Virus record (IMG/VR): IMGVR_UViG_3300048597_000118
Span: 37,170-101,169 of that record
Length of the DNA stretch: 64,000 bases
Reading direction: 5' to 3' (one strand)
Source: a virus
Part shown: positions 57,601 through 63,910 of the stretch, in pieces
Position numbering within the stretch: the stretch's first letter is position 1
Layout of the letters: each line of letters starts with the position of its first letter
Notes under the pieces: model-generated
The model's database searches: none
The model's input: only the letters and a program-made list of their open reading frames with translations
Told to the model about the DNA's origin: nothing
Made by a program: the position numbers and the translations under genes

Positions 57601-58810
57601 TGGTGAGAAAGATGCTGAAGCCATGACTCCCTACGCTTGGAGCCAACGCATGATTAGTCGTGGTCAGAGCAACGATGAGCTAGAAGTGATGCTTAAAGGA
57701 AGTAACCAAGACCAACGAGTCCACTTCGTCTTAGACGAGGTATCTATGTTGGATGCCCGCATGCTTTGGGTTATTTGGAATATCCTTTATTACCACAACC
57801 CCTGCATTCAAGTTATCCTAGCTGGCGACGGTGACCAACTCAAGGTAATCGGTAAAGGTGCTCGGGACTTCTGGCAACGTCCTTACCTTGAAGGATGTAA
57901 CGGAACTTTAGAGACTATCATCGACAAGTTTCGCTGCATTAACCTGAAGACCAACGTAAGGCAAGCTGATGACCCTGAGTTGGCTGCTGCGTTGAAACAC
58001 CTTTCTGAAACCAATGAGATTACTGGGGTGTTACTTGAACGATTCCGTTTATGTGCAGAAGAAGGTCTAAAGCCCAGCGACGACTTAAATACGACTTATA
58101 TTCGTTATAACAACGTATCTGTTGAGCGGATTAACCGTCGTATGACCCGCGCCATGGGTACAGAAACCCGTGTATATAAAGCACAAGTAGTGGGCAATAA
58201 TGGTCCCGTCACTGTTAATAATGACCGTTATCCTGGTTGGGTATACGCCTTTAGCCCTATTGCTCCTGTGATGGAGTTTGCGGTAGGTATGCCTGTTAAG
58301 CTCCGCAAGAATCGTAAAAAAGATGGTGTGTTAGAAGCTTCTAATGGTAGCCGTGGGTTCATTACCAAGCTAGGTAAGGAGCATGTATGGGTTGAATTTG
58401 AAGATGGTAAGGAGTTAAAGATTAACTTCGAACGATTCGAAGGACCCCATGTAAACGGTAATAGCGTCGGCGCTTTCTACCAATTACCTATCCATCCTGA
58501 CTTCGCTACCACGGGGCATAGTGTCCAAGGTATGACTATCACTAACGAGGGTGTCATCTCTGTTAGTCAGGAATGGAAGTGCAAAGATAACCATAAGCAA
58601 TTTATCTTTGAAGAAGATGGCGAGCATAAGGTTTATAAGGTTGCTTTGAATGACGCCCAGTGGTTATTGGTTGCGTGTTCACGGTTCACTAAGGCTTCGG
58701 ACATTTACTTCCAGTATGATGGTCCCGAAGATTTGCATTGGCTATTCCAAGCACAAGGTAATAAAGATTTGAGCTACCGTGAGTGGCTTGCTTCTAAAGC
58801 TAAGCAATAG
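48665..58810 (+). CDS. Giant protein: putative single-chain two-barrel RNA polymerase fused to a C-terminal RecD/Pif1-like SF1B helicase
   Basis: AKIRSSVAKANL (~53057), HLTRSP (RSP at 54611), KGDSDGDG (DSDGD at 54806-54820). Helicase motifs GEAGTGKT (57413), ATTGRAA, LDEVSML, GDGDQL, NVRQ, ATTGHSVQGMT, VACSR. Start taken at ATG 48665 after GAGGT; the ORF is open from 48452. Confidence 0.75.
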   Translation: MKVNRRFELGMSLNKECLDYVVHLNQKGNPNSESQKLIDKARAFRRAAPVRAGLSITFSNTPVAGVVINQEGRDASVAYCAARTIYKATRRVANREAFTLINILGLVTRRHGKVTRNSTKGFGTVTIVSSGTSAGKTVNNRKINQQIARAQRVSRQRRNGRRSQVSKTSQQRGADRAARAAKQGAKLARRRAAQAFLDAQRKAAVMALGVTPKGHKAPAMVRGVRVSTTPIPTTRSAKSSALRGAHDGVYYVNGTEVPVVKTVVAHRQAILRKERNALPLAVRNRRLAAENGTRFHRDAEFGARRALSRHIVEVPVMPVWRMVPTAPAPEVTVADFEAKAKAIMAEAKVKYGAGDLQMSLNSNSSDRDIKSGLEALPVGDSMDNIVKLVSDLMPTAQPVASIHADHASNDRSLGYYVSLCCVYVDGSGRQTIKGNINLPIQAHFSKKQWPVIGEPMTSEDASLNESSLLKVSAEQPVLKFRTSAAYNTGNYTPCGMWLSKAWERPYPLRKKYPEISPEISVMLDGKMTVANLAKPAEGKDNITLQRAIVDARLEVWNAIMGATTEVKAGGCTVKGGLGAKLQPGRNWVVVVADVTAINGASKEKGGFDMLFNVTRPDGVVSVEGSLAKEDLYGHGRDFAYERMAAQSIEVLYVPNLSDIYAEKVLGPWHPSISEGLARGFYGDLPELAVDTKSGKFKYAAASKGIADPKRVRLCDLLDWSYEAYVMIQCCRENLLNQRGLPSGSRVVTKPAAPVVKAKAAPTVTTEPTKPVDVAPVIASLLEAVTAAPAPAPAQQVAIVEPEVEVKEPTSPPKVEVVATKLPERPVVPTVEPNLQGYAGALSQYLNHMEGMWVNRELANITDISVYCQEHVQAWANLDKTTGFNAEGVQARTNGVSGAFGVIRYLADVTKTEGDCKPNLSFYGFDWQPEHVMNVIAILRSYESTNHQDDLCYFKPEAGGYIFSFLGKEFAWIPELNGVIDLPRGRMFKNVVMACYSEELTENDQLVKIYRGAQAMSSMGSFMRYLYMVVLPVMAHLPASDDWSAVGANLNQYLNKDAGVMFPMSSDNILSENANFRWAESNSWAPMGLDVGSTMPTPVVNVDKKFALINCWGIYADKLIKAYATNYKQAKLTNAEFAENLLPEAMSQLGITWSFNKNVGYSMPNFAINCLVLAEHAPAIYELVKAQFVIDMGGSKAVDEFLAASKFESLDLFLRGCVVNSNGKVAKGTKRQLLRAPNSVQSGSYINCDRKPKLAKMLAAGRGVKPVDTLWAGMLPENFYAVGAGHKFSTQPEPITGTAIRVALGLTAVGPAGVVAWIGGPNQMPHGFGSNIEQSNFEIPQRAIEVQPGVGFGADDIQLVRPELAVDFRQPECVLADVELVTEVHRVRGIEYYYFKPQTAVYVHGNGGSVVCNVFTNDELAPSKPFAYESNNGDGILEWVRVHVAPEITGKNLEVEFKVTTMERQAKIRSSVAKANLMPVKSSFLKLNGVAGKLVDAVYLQDAMKIDVDGCLISVIGVTLVLNPDCNDPEFLAMVELAKDINEMVEGRRHLDYLVEDHVSMVAQPKYTELQTRFYNYFKRENVWTMWEELEHGDFGYAIDRLYTDMSNEGLDSWRAVTDALEARELVMNLAADVTDEYTYKCFTNDKDNVFVLFINEAGRVAKVAQRSTMLVGRNNCPIYDVVLYEAATTRQGINNNTSGQMDVCMRSLRAMTDAWGIGNDGLAKDLIRRQGISGKTNAMWRAKMLHLSAHCGLSKAIDGRQVIKLGEWKEADKGQATWVPNSEVVATIKSILGNADVSNVSNFGGLCEALKGYIFTVDASRKEYKVDEESGEVYAVSKSIEVWTPFLYYLNGRSAEDNSHSTASGLFQAYLAKALSINPDARSLGIIANQLCGRMDSWASSEGVRKFISGGEVFGGKVIAMPNLPTGVMLLYEGDDQWANARRVAKHYGLDLRNVPTWADYKAFGEAVWDMPERTEAFNHLTRSPIKDGPVQRVLRMPKSVEAYKDTFYCFSNPWVYNPLSSKNVLANPYPYTIGVSVIAMTGVTKGDSDGDGVSATFLVSNVPGLRGLVTAEDKAWESCDKCAGLPGAQARLEVYLGDHLSAPSLAKKANIFFRKGMLAVSFKDGGVSGKHLVLAETYNTTNVRSLILQTMQVGVSYKVYRLTEAITDILNGLVKGGVFKAAGLEVPEMFKPFVGPQSYYAVTACADIYEYVLGAVDALGWQLWGMLKSVMEAKFAPMWHAPLIHIDKTDGNTVDHNAEAEAKAVLFRQSKVAELTGILGKAGVNTSQADAMATAFWLASYANGTVKQQSMFMFDVQRSDRRLAQFIIAAAMLVTEAGRAKWHGFNHGPLNSTALASDEKVANHKKMTTVTLDYLTKGVAAHDVWVNAVSESHCLQLLMDMADPETLGDLVVGPPANTAIDYFVNADLVAHYESQLAARVGDVNMVEIKETVVDVEVCLDIFVTDEDEEFDLVDPDADIYDDYQPTYDEEEYMEMLANQAMLAQMLAAPTAVIEPTDNTPTPHCVDEDMYIPEEQTEEDRLATQQVMAQLMTKPQAAPAPVVMPAPTEDQIFLAKQAAVEAEISDLETRLVKAQELLAKQEAQAKALRKLEDKKAKLSAKLADVVAKLSPEYLAMLEDNTQPEEDEDNGGGNVKPEPDAPKPPSDDHGQNLSIDAEVQKVRHDLEQLAARARDGEVIGRPSPEPAPSDEDMYIPEEGNPAENMAAFAAAAATSVTATTNEVVTEPTWADFVQSIKWERGDVCEVEYEDGTIGWMLGQEVIPNIVSSDYVDGRLWFYHEKPNVLFIEDGLTINDVPDVQGWELDLCDDIRYVTGYVGGTITTTPEAKKETSEVKSPDDIVATLIESYAKKSQPKNLIEAKTKARSLPCPPIDDEGATDCQKRFFEAACTGDNIFLSGEAGTGKTYALESMINHWLELGDKVIVTATTGRAAMNMGARFDIEDLAGYGTFNSVLGLGIGFGEKDAEAMTPYAWSQRMISRGQSNDELEVMLKGSNQDQRVHFVLDEVSMLDARMLWVIWNILYYHNPCIQVILAGDGDQLKVIGKGARDFWQRPYLEGCNGTLETIIDKFRCINLKTNVRQADDPELAAALKHLSETNEITGVLLERFRLCAEEGLKPSDDLNTTYIRYNNVSVERINRRMTRAMGTETRVYKAQVVGNNGPVTVNNDRYPGWVYAFSPIAPVMEFAVGMPVKLRKNRKKDGVLEASNGSRGFITKLGKEHVWVEFEDGKELKINFERFEGPHVNGNSVGAFYQLPIHPDFATTGHSVQGMTITNEGVISVSQEWKCKDNHKQFIFEEDGEHKVYKVALNDAQWLLVACSRFTKASDIYFQYDGPEDLHWLFQAQGNKDLSYREWLASKAKQ

Positions 58811-59056
58811 AATAGTCGTGTAATGATTAGTCAGTAATGAGGCGGCACCGCAATGGGGTGGCACAGTCCCTAAGGCTAGTTACAAGGCAAAGCCAGGGGA
58901 GTAATAGTGGGAACGAGGAGTGTCTGAAAAAGAGGATTATCCGGCGAGCTGTCTGTCATAGCGAGAGTTATGGGGGACAGCTGCTTAGTAGTGTTTGACT
59001 GCGCCGAGAGGTGTATGAAAAAGACTACTAATTGGAAAATTAATGAGGTAATCCCA

Positions 59057-59716
59057 ATGTCTAAAATCTATCTGACCACTCCAGAAGCTATTGCCGCTAA
59101 CCAAGAGGTACTAGCTAAATGCATTGCTGAACAAGGTATCCCCATGGATATCATCAAAATGCTGGGGGGTTTAGTAGTATTACCAACTAAGTTCGTTAAC
59201 AGTAAAGTATTTAGCATCACTCGTCATGCAGATGGCGAATATGGTGTTTTGGTATCCTTAACTGGGACGTGCCGCGAAGGTCAATTGGTGCCCGGAGAGA
59301 AAGGTAACTATAATTTCTCATTGAAAGGCTGGCTCAATATGAGTCTGTCTGCCGATGAGAATAGTGGTGTTATGCCCTTGACCGATAAGGAGGCCACGGT
59401 GTTAGAAACTTGGCTGACTGCGGCTAAAGACGAGAAAGAGAACTTATTCATCAATTTCAATGGGCATCCTATCGTCCTATGTCTTTGTATTGAAGAAGTT
59501 CGTCCCTATGTATTAGATAGTAACGGCAATAAAATCCAAGTCGGTGTAAAAACTGATGGGTCTCCTGTTTACCAACTATCTGAGCCTCAACCTATTCTTA
59601 CTTATTCAGCCGGATTTACTCATGGCAAGTTAGGTGGGAAAGGGACCTCTGGTTCTAGTTTGACCATGGATGCAGTAAATGAAGCTCTAGAACGCTTCGC
59701 TGCCATGACCAAATAA
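59057..59716 (+). CDS. Hypothetical protein
   Basis: GAGGT RBS then ATG 59057 (MSKIYLTT...), in frame with the track ORF. Confidence 0.7.
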   Translation: MSKIYLTTPEAIAANQEVLAKCIAEQGIPMDIIKMLGGLVVLPTKFVNSKVFSITRHADGEYGVLVSLTGTCREGQLVPGEKGNYNFSLKGWLNMSLSADENSGVMPLTDKEATVLETWLTAAKDEKENLFINFNGHPIVLCLCIEEVRPYVLDSNGNKIQVGVKTDGSPVYQLSEPQPILTYSAGFTHGKLGGKGTSGSSLTMDAVNEALERFAAMTK

Positions 59717-59730
59717 TCAATAATATAGTT

Positions 59731-59776
59731 GACTACTAGGTCCCCATCATCGGGGATTTAGTAGTCTTCTTTTTTA
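59731..59776 (+). terminator. Terminator
   Basis: GACTACTA...TAGTAGTC stem followed by TTCTTTTTT. Confidence 0.7.
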
Positions 59777-59853
59777 ATGCCTAGCGGCGGGCTTTTTATT
59801 TATCCACCTACAGGTAAAAAGACAATTAATTGGAATGTATAAGGTAAAAACCT

Positions 59854-60237
59854 ATGGCAATTATTAATTGCACACCCCACCCTATTAATATTTTCGACAG
59901 AAATGACGCAGACAGCTCCAATCCCCGCCGACTGATGTTGGCTGAAGGGGCTGAGTGTATCCGCACCATTGAGCCGTCTGGCACAGTGCTTAATGCACAA
60001 CGTGGGGACTCTGACATTGTGGACATGATTGATGGAGTGCCGGTGAAAAGCCGGGCAAAGTTCATCAGCTTCGATGCATTGCCTGAAGGTGATGACTTCG
60101 TTATCGTCAGCCAACTGTTTAAGTCCGCTGTGGTTGACTGTGGTGGCGACACCAGTCGACTACTCTGTGTGGCTGAAACTGTTTTCCGCGTTGATTGCCC
60201 CACACCTGTGGGCTGCTGTGCCTTAGAAGTAGGTTAA
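59854..60237 (+). CDS. Conserved phage protein of the N(L/C)TPH family
   Basis: IINCTPHPINI...IEPSG...LPE...IVSQ...VGC motif set. Confidence 0.7.
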   Translation: MAIINCTPHPINIFDRNDADSSNPRRLMLAEGAECIRTIEPSGTVLNAQRGDSDIVDMIDGVPVKSRAKFISFDALPEGDDFVIVSQLFKSAVVDCGGDTSRLLCVAETVFRVDCPTPVGCCALEVG

Positions 60238-60251
60238 TCAAGATTGTCATG

Positions 60252-60686
60252 GTCTCCTCCTAGGGGGCTAGACAGTCTTTCTTTTTATTTACCATCTACC
60301 GGTAAAAAGACAATTAGGTGGAAATAATTTGGTAAAAAAATGAACACCGAACAAATCCGTGCCGCGCTTAACGAGAAAGAACAGAGTCTCCGTACAGCCG
60401 TAGGACACACCAAATGGCAGTCTTCCACAGGCATCCTCCCCATTGGGACAATGGATGAGGACCATTTGATTAACTCGGCTATATATGCTCAGCGAAAAGC
60501 TGATGACATTGCCCGACTCAATCTGAAGTTCGTGCCAAAGTACTTCGGGCGAACCTGGGAGGACTGGGTCACGTTATTCAGGGCGGAATTAGAGTACCGT
60601 CACTCTGAAGAAGGATTGGCAGAAGTTCCCTGGTAAAGATTGCCTGCGTCTCCTCCTAGGGGACCAGACAGCCTTTCTTTTTATTT
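60252..60686 (+). terminator. Two near-identical terminators (at ~60252 and ~60648)
   Basis: GTCTCCTCCTAGGGG...AGACAG.CTTTCTTTTTATTT repeated after the 59854 and 60340 ORFs. Confidence 0.65.
60340..60636 (+). CDS. Hypothetical phage protein
   Basis: W...G..PI..M...HL.N pattern seen in small phage proteins. Confidence 0.7.
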   Translation: MNTEQIRAALNEKEQSLRTAVGHTKWQSSTGILPIGTMDEDHLINSAIYAQRKADDIARLNLKFVPKYFGRTWEDWVTLFRAELEYRHSEEGLAEVPW

Positions 60687-60967
60687 GTCTATCTATATCA
60701 GTTTAGCTAAATAAGAAAGCTTCTCGTCTGGGGACAAAGACGACTCGTTTAACCAAGATACTACGCCCCCCACCCTAAAACCACCGCGCTACAACAGTTT
60801 GAGGTATGAACGAAGATGAACTCCCCCCAGAGGCCGGTCATTCGTCCACCATAAGGTAAAAAGATAATTAAATGGAGTCTTAAAGCTCCTTACCCTGGCT
60901 CGCTGCTCGAGGGGTTATAAAAACTAAGGAAAGGCAAAACAGCTCAGGTTCTCTATGACCTGACTGT

Positions 60968-61310
60968 GGATGGATAATATAGAGCCCTGCACGATTCGCA
61001 GTAAGTCTGCGGCTATACCTAGTGGGTAAAACTAGGTTTTCTATAAACTACGGAGTAATCCCATGCGAATATGAAGCCTAACCACAGCCTAAATTGAATA
61101 ATACCCCGGTGCTTAGGCACCCAACCTAACAGAGCTTAAATCGGCTCGACCTCTGTTAACACTTGTAGCAAACACTGCACGATGTTAAGGTCCAAGTATA
61201 AACATGAGGACTTCTACCGCCTTAAAGGGTAGATAATGCCATGATTAAGCTACTGGGCATGAAAAACAGTTAGTAGTAGCGGGGAGGCATCGATCCTTCC
61301 CCACCCATCC
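60968..61310 (+). ncRNA. Putative ~340-nt multi-hairpin structured RNA closed by GGATGG/CCATCC
   Basis: No ORF; consecutive stems (CGCAG/CTGCG, ACCTAGT/ACTAGGT, GGTGC/GCACC, TAACAGAG/CTCTGTTA, TTAACA/TGTTAA, GTCC/GGAC, TCTACC/GGTAGA, ATGCC/GGCAT, GGGAGG/CCTTCC). Confidence 0.5.
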
Positions 61311-61503
61311 TAGTGAGTACGCCTAAAGGTAGGGCGGTACATTACTATTATCAAGACGGTGCAGATTGGTAACCTGACGTCAAAGTTATACTCAGCAACG
61401 AGTATAAAGAGAGAAAGTTCACATTGGGTGGACAAGACTCTTTGAATAATAAGACTGTAGCTGGGCCTATAGTCTCTTGCGGGTTCAACTCCCGTCTCAC
61501 TTC
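61311..61503 (+). ncRNA. tRNA-like RNA with expanded central domain (~190 nt)
   Basis: Acceptor AGTGAG/CTCACT, TA linker, D arm CGCC-TAAAGGTAG-GGCG, T arm GCGGG-TTCAACT-CCCGT; ~140-nt branched insert instead of an anticodon arm. Confidence 0.65.
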
Positions 61504-61527
61504 CTTTTTACCCCCTAATAAACTCTT

Positions 61528-61881
61528 ATGAACAAAGCACTAGCCCGCCCCAATGTTGATTTCTACCAAAAGCAAAACAATAAAACTCCACATAAAGTGG
61601 ACCGCTATGAGCAGTGGCTCAAACAGGAAGACGAAAGGTTACTAGGGTTCCTGGAAGCACAAGCTGAGGAAGCCGGGCGCCGTAAAGCTCAGGGGTTACC
61701 GTTTAAGCGCCCTAACCTTAAGGGATTTGAGAAGCGGTATTTCGAGGAGAATTTAACCTCTTATGAGGAGTTACAGCGCCGCTCTGATAAAGAGAATACC
61801 GAGCGCACTGAGTTGATTGAATACTATTTGGCTAATGCCAAAGACCAGGCTGAGTTTGACGGTATCGTTGCTACGCTCTAG
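61528..61881 (+). CDS. Hypothetical charged helical protein
   Basis: 117-aa ORF followed by a terminator-like hairpin at ~61895-61928. Confidence 0.7.
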   Translation: MNKALARPNVDFYQKQNNKTPHKVDRYEQWLKQEDERLLGFLEAQAEEAGRRKAQGLPFKRPNLKGFEKRYFEENLTSYEELQRRSDKENTERTELIEYYLANAKDQAEFDGIVATL

Positions 61882-62137
61882 GTTGTATTGTTAGGGGAGA
61901 GGCTCCATGGGGAGGCTCTTTCTTTTTAATTGTCTGGGAATAAAAAGCTTAGGTATTTAACTAGAGGAGGTGTAGAGATAATTACCTTTAGACCTAAGCT
62001 GGGGATAGGAATACAATCAATACAATCTTAGCCCATGTTCGACTCAGCGCACAGAACAGTATCCGCGAGTATCTACGAAGCGATTATGGCGGAGCTGCCA
62101 ACACCACGCATTTAGACACACGTATCCTGCGAATAGC

Positions 62138-63625
62138 TTAAAAACTAGGACTAAAACCAAAACCAATAAAGCCATCAGGCAGCTTATTGTAGTCATTTAA
62201 TGTATTCTTAGGGGCCTGTCCTTGGTTGTTGGCTGCTTCTTGCTCTGCTATGTGGCGGGTTCCTGCTGCCATGATGATGTCCACCATGTTCTTGGGCCCT
62301 GTTTGGGAGAATGGGATTATCTCTATGGTCTTCCCGCATATCTCCTGGGCGTATCTCTCGTCCGGCTTGGATATGGGTTTGGGGGTTACCTTGATGTACC
62401 CTGTGTTTATCGGGGGGAGCTCTTCTCCTAGCGGTATAAGTGCTCCGTCATGTTGGTCGTTTGTTTGAACCTTCTTGAGGTCTGCCAGCAGGGACACTTC
62501 TGTACTTTGGAGGATATGTGCCGTTAGTTTGATTCTGGTTTCTTTGTTGCTGAATTCTTTGAGCCATTGGCTCATGGCGCACTGGACTTTCTTGAGCGCT
62601 TCATTGAGTATTCTTAGTTGTTGCTTTAGGAATTCTTCTGGGCGTCCTTGGGTGTTAGGGTCTCTTTTCACAATGTTGGGGATTGTTAGGTTGGGGGCCA
62701 AGGAGTTAATGAGCTTAGCACCGTTGATTACTGCTAGCATGGCAATTTTCTGGGCTTGCTGCGTCAGCATGCATCCCGGGATGTTAACTTTTCCTTGCAG
62801 CAAATCCTTGAGGCCCGCGTCTAATCCTCTTTTTGAGGTTTCTATGTGTGCTATTGTTGCGTGGCATTTCTCGGCGTCCACATTGAGGACTGGGGAACTT
62901 ATGAGCAGGTATTCTCTGAAGTTTTGAGATGCACATTGCAGTCCTCCTCCTTTTTCATAGAGCCTTAGCCCCGGGTCGGGCTGGAACAGTTCTTGGGAGT
63001 ACTTGATTTGTAGCTTCTTCCAGTTTGCTTCTGTTTTGCGCTCAAGGATGCCTTTAAAGCAGTTTAGGTTGTGTATGTACTTTCTACGTTCTGCTTCTTT
63101 CTGTCTTGCACTGGGGTACTTATGGTTTTGGAGCCGTTCTTTCTCCCTTTGTAACCATTGTATTCCGTAACCTACGTCGATTTGCGTTGTTCTTGTGTGG
63201 GTTATAGGTTTGATGAATTTCTTACATGGTTGTCCTTGCTCGTCGACGAAGGGCTCTTCTTTAATTCTGTTAACGTTTAGCAGGTATCCTTCTCCGGCTC
63301 TTATGTAGTCGTCTACCCATTGTTCTTGAATTCTGTACCTGAAGCACTTCTTTTGTTCTTTGTCATACGGTGCGCGCCTCATTATGTGACTTACGTCCTG
63401 CCACTTATAGTTTCGGCAGTATACGTGGATAAAGGTCTCTCTCGGTAGAGGAACTCCTTTCCAATCTTCGTAGTCTTTTGTTACTCTTCGTTGGAGCTGA
63501 CATTTAAGGACGTGGATGAATAGCTTGAAACTATCAGGGTTTGCTCCTGCAGTTATTTGCGCCAGCATCTCATGTTGCTCGCGGGTTTGTTTAAGTCCTG
63601 ACTGAATGAATGGTTCCATGCTCAT
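62138..63625 (-). CDS. PolA-superfamily polymerase (TV-Pol-like primase/polymerase)
   Basis: GLRLY...GLQ...FRE, motif A VLNVDAEKCH, motif B K..MLAVING, LQSTE, motif C HDG; no exonuclease domain seen. Confidence 0.7.
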   Translation of the reverse strand: MSMEPFIQSGLKQTREQHEMLAQITAGANPDSFKLFIHVLKCQLQRRVTKDYEDWKGVPLPRETFIHVYCRNYKWQDVSHIMRRAPYDKEQKKCFRYRIQEQWVDDYIRAGEGYLLNVNRIKEEPFVDEQGQPCKKFIKPITHTRTTQIDVGYGIQWLQREKERLQNHKYPSARQKEAERRKYIHNLNCFKGILERKTEANWKKLQIKYSQELFQPDPGLRLYEKGGGLQCASQNFREYLLISSPVLNVDAEKCHATIAHIETSKRGLDAGLKDLLQGKVNIPGCMLTQQAQKIAMLAVINGAKLINSLAPNLTIPNIVKRDPNTQGRPEEFLKQQLRILNEALKKVQCAMSQWLKEFSNKETRIKLTAHILQSTEVSLLADLKKVQTNDQHDGALIPLGEELPPINTGYIKVTPKPISKPDERYAQEICGKTIEIIPFSQTGPKNMVDIIMAAGTRHIAEQEAANNQGQAPKNTLNDYNKLPDGFIGFGFSPSF

Positions 63626-63660
63626 AGCTTAATTATACCAAGGGTTTGAGCCTCCGTCCA
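63626..63660 (-). promoter_or_regulatory. Sigma70-type promoter giving a leaderless transcript
   Basis: Minus strand TGGACG-17 nt-TATAAT (with extended TGn), then 6 nt and ATG. Confidence 0.6.
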
Positions 63661-63910
63661 CCGTGCGGTAAGAAGAAAACTAAATGGATGGTTTAATAAA
63701 AGAGCCCTGCCTAATAAGACAGAGCTGTACGTTGTACGATTAACACAATGAAATACAACCATCGACCTGCCGTCATTCTGCAGGCTTAATACTATGTTAG
63801 CTTAGGCTCAGTACCTGCGATTATAAGTCCCGCTAATATGGTACAGTCTGCTATAATTAAAAGACACTACTCTATTATCAATACTTTATTTTTTTATTGA
63901 GGCAAAACCT

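Larger units (their letters stand above)
59813..60870 (+). promoter_or_regulatory. Three copies of GGTAAAAAGAYAATTA upstream of two genes and one ncRNA region
   Basis: Copies at 59813-59828, 60301-60316 and 60855-60870. Confidence 0.75.

Noticed and set aside
18195-58810. Inteins or stop-codon reassignment explaining the giant ORFs
   Set aside because: No intein C/S...HN termini or LAGLIDADG motifs noticed; genes read normally in the standard code with all three stops in use
60968-61503. tmRNA or canonical tRNA genes
   Set aside because: No GGGG 5' end or G3-U70 alanine pair, no convincing tag ORF, no canonical anticodon arm; kept only as tRNA-like ncRNA
62030-62050. GTTCGACTC T-loop suggesting a tRNA
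   Set aside because: No flanking T stem or acceptor stem
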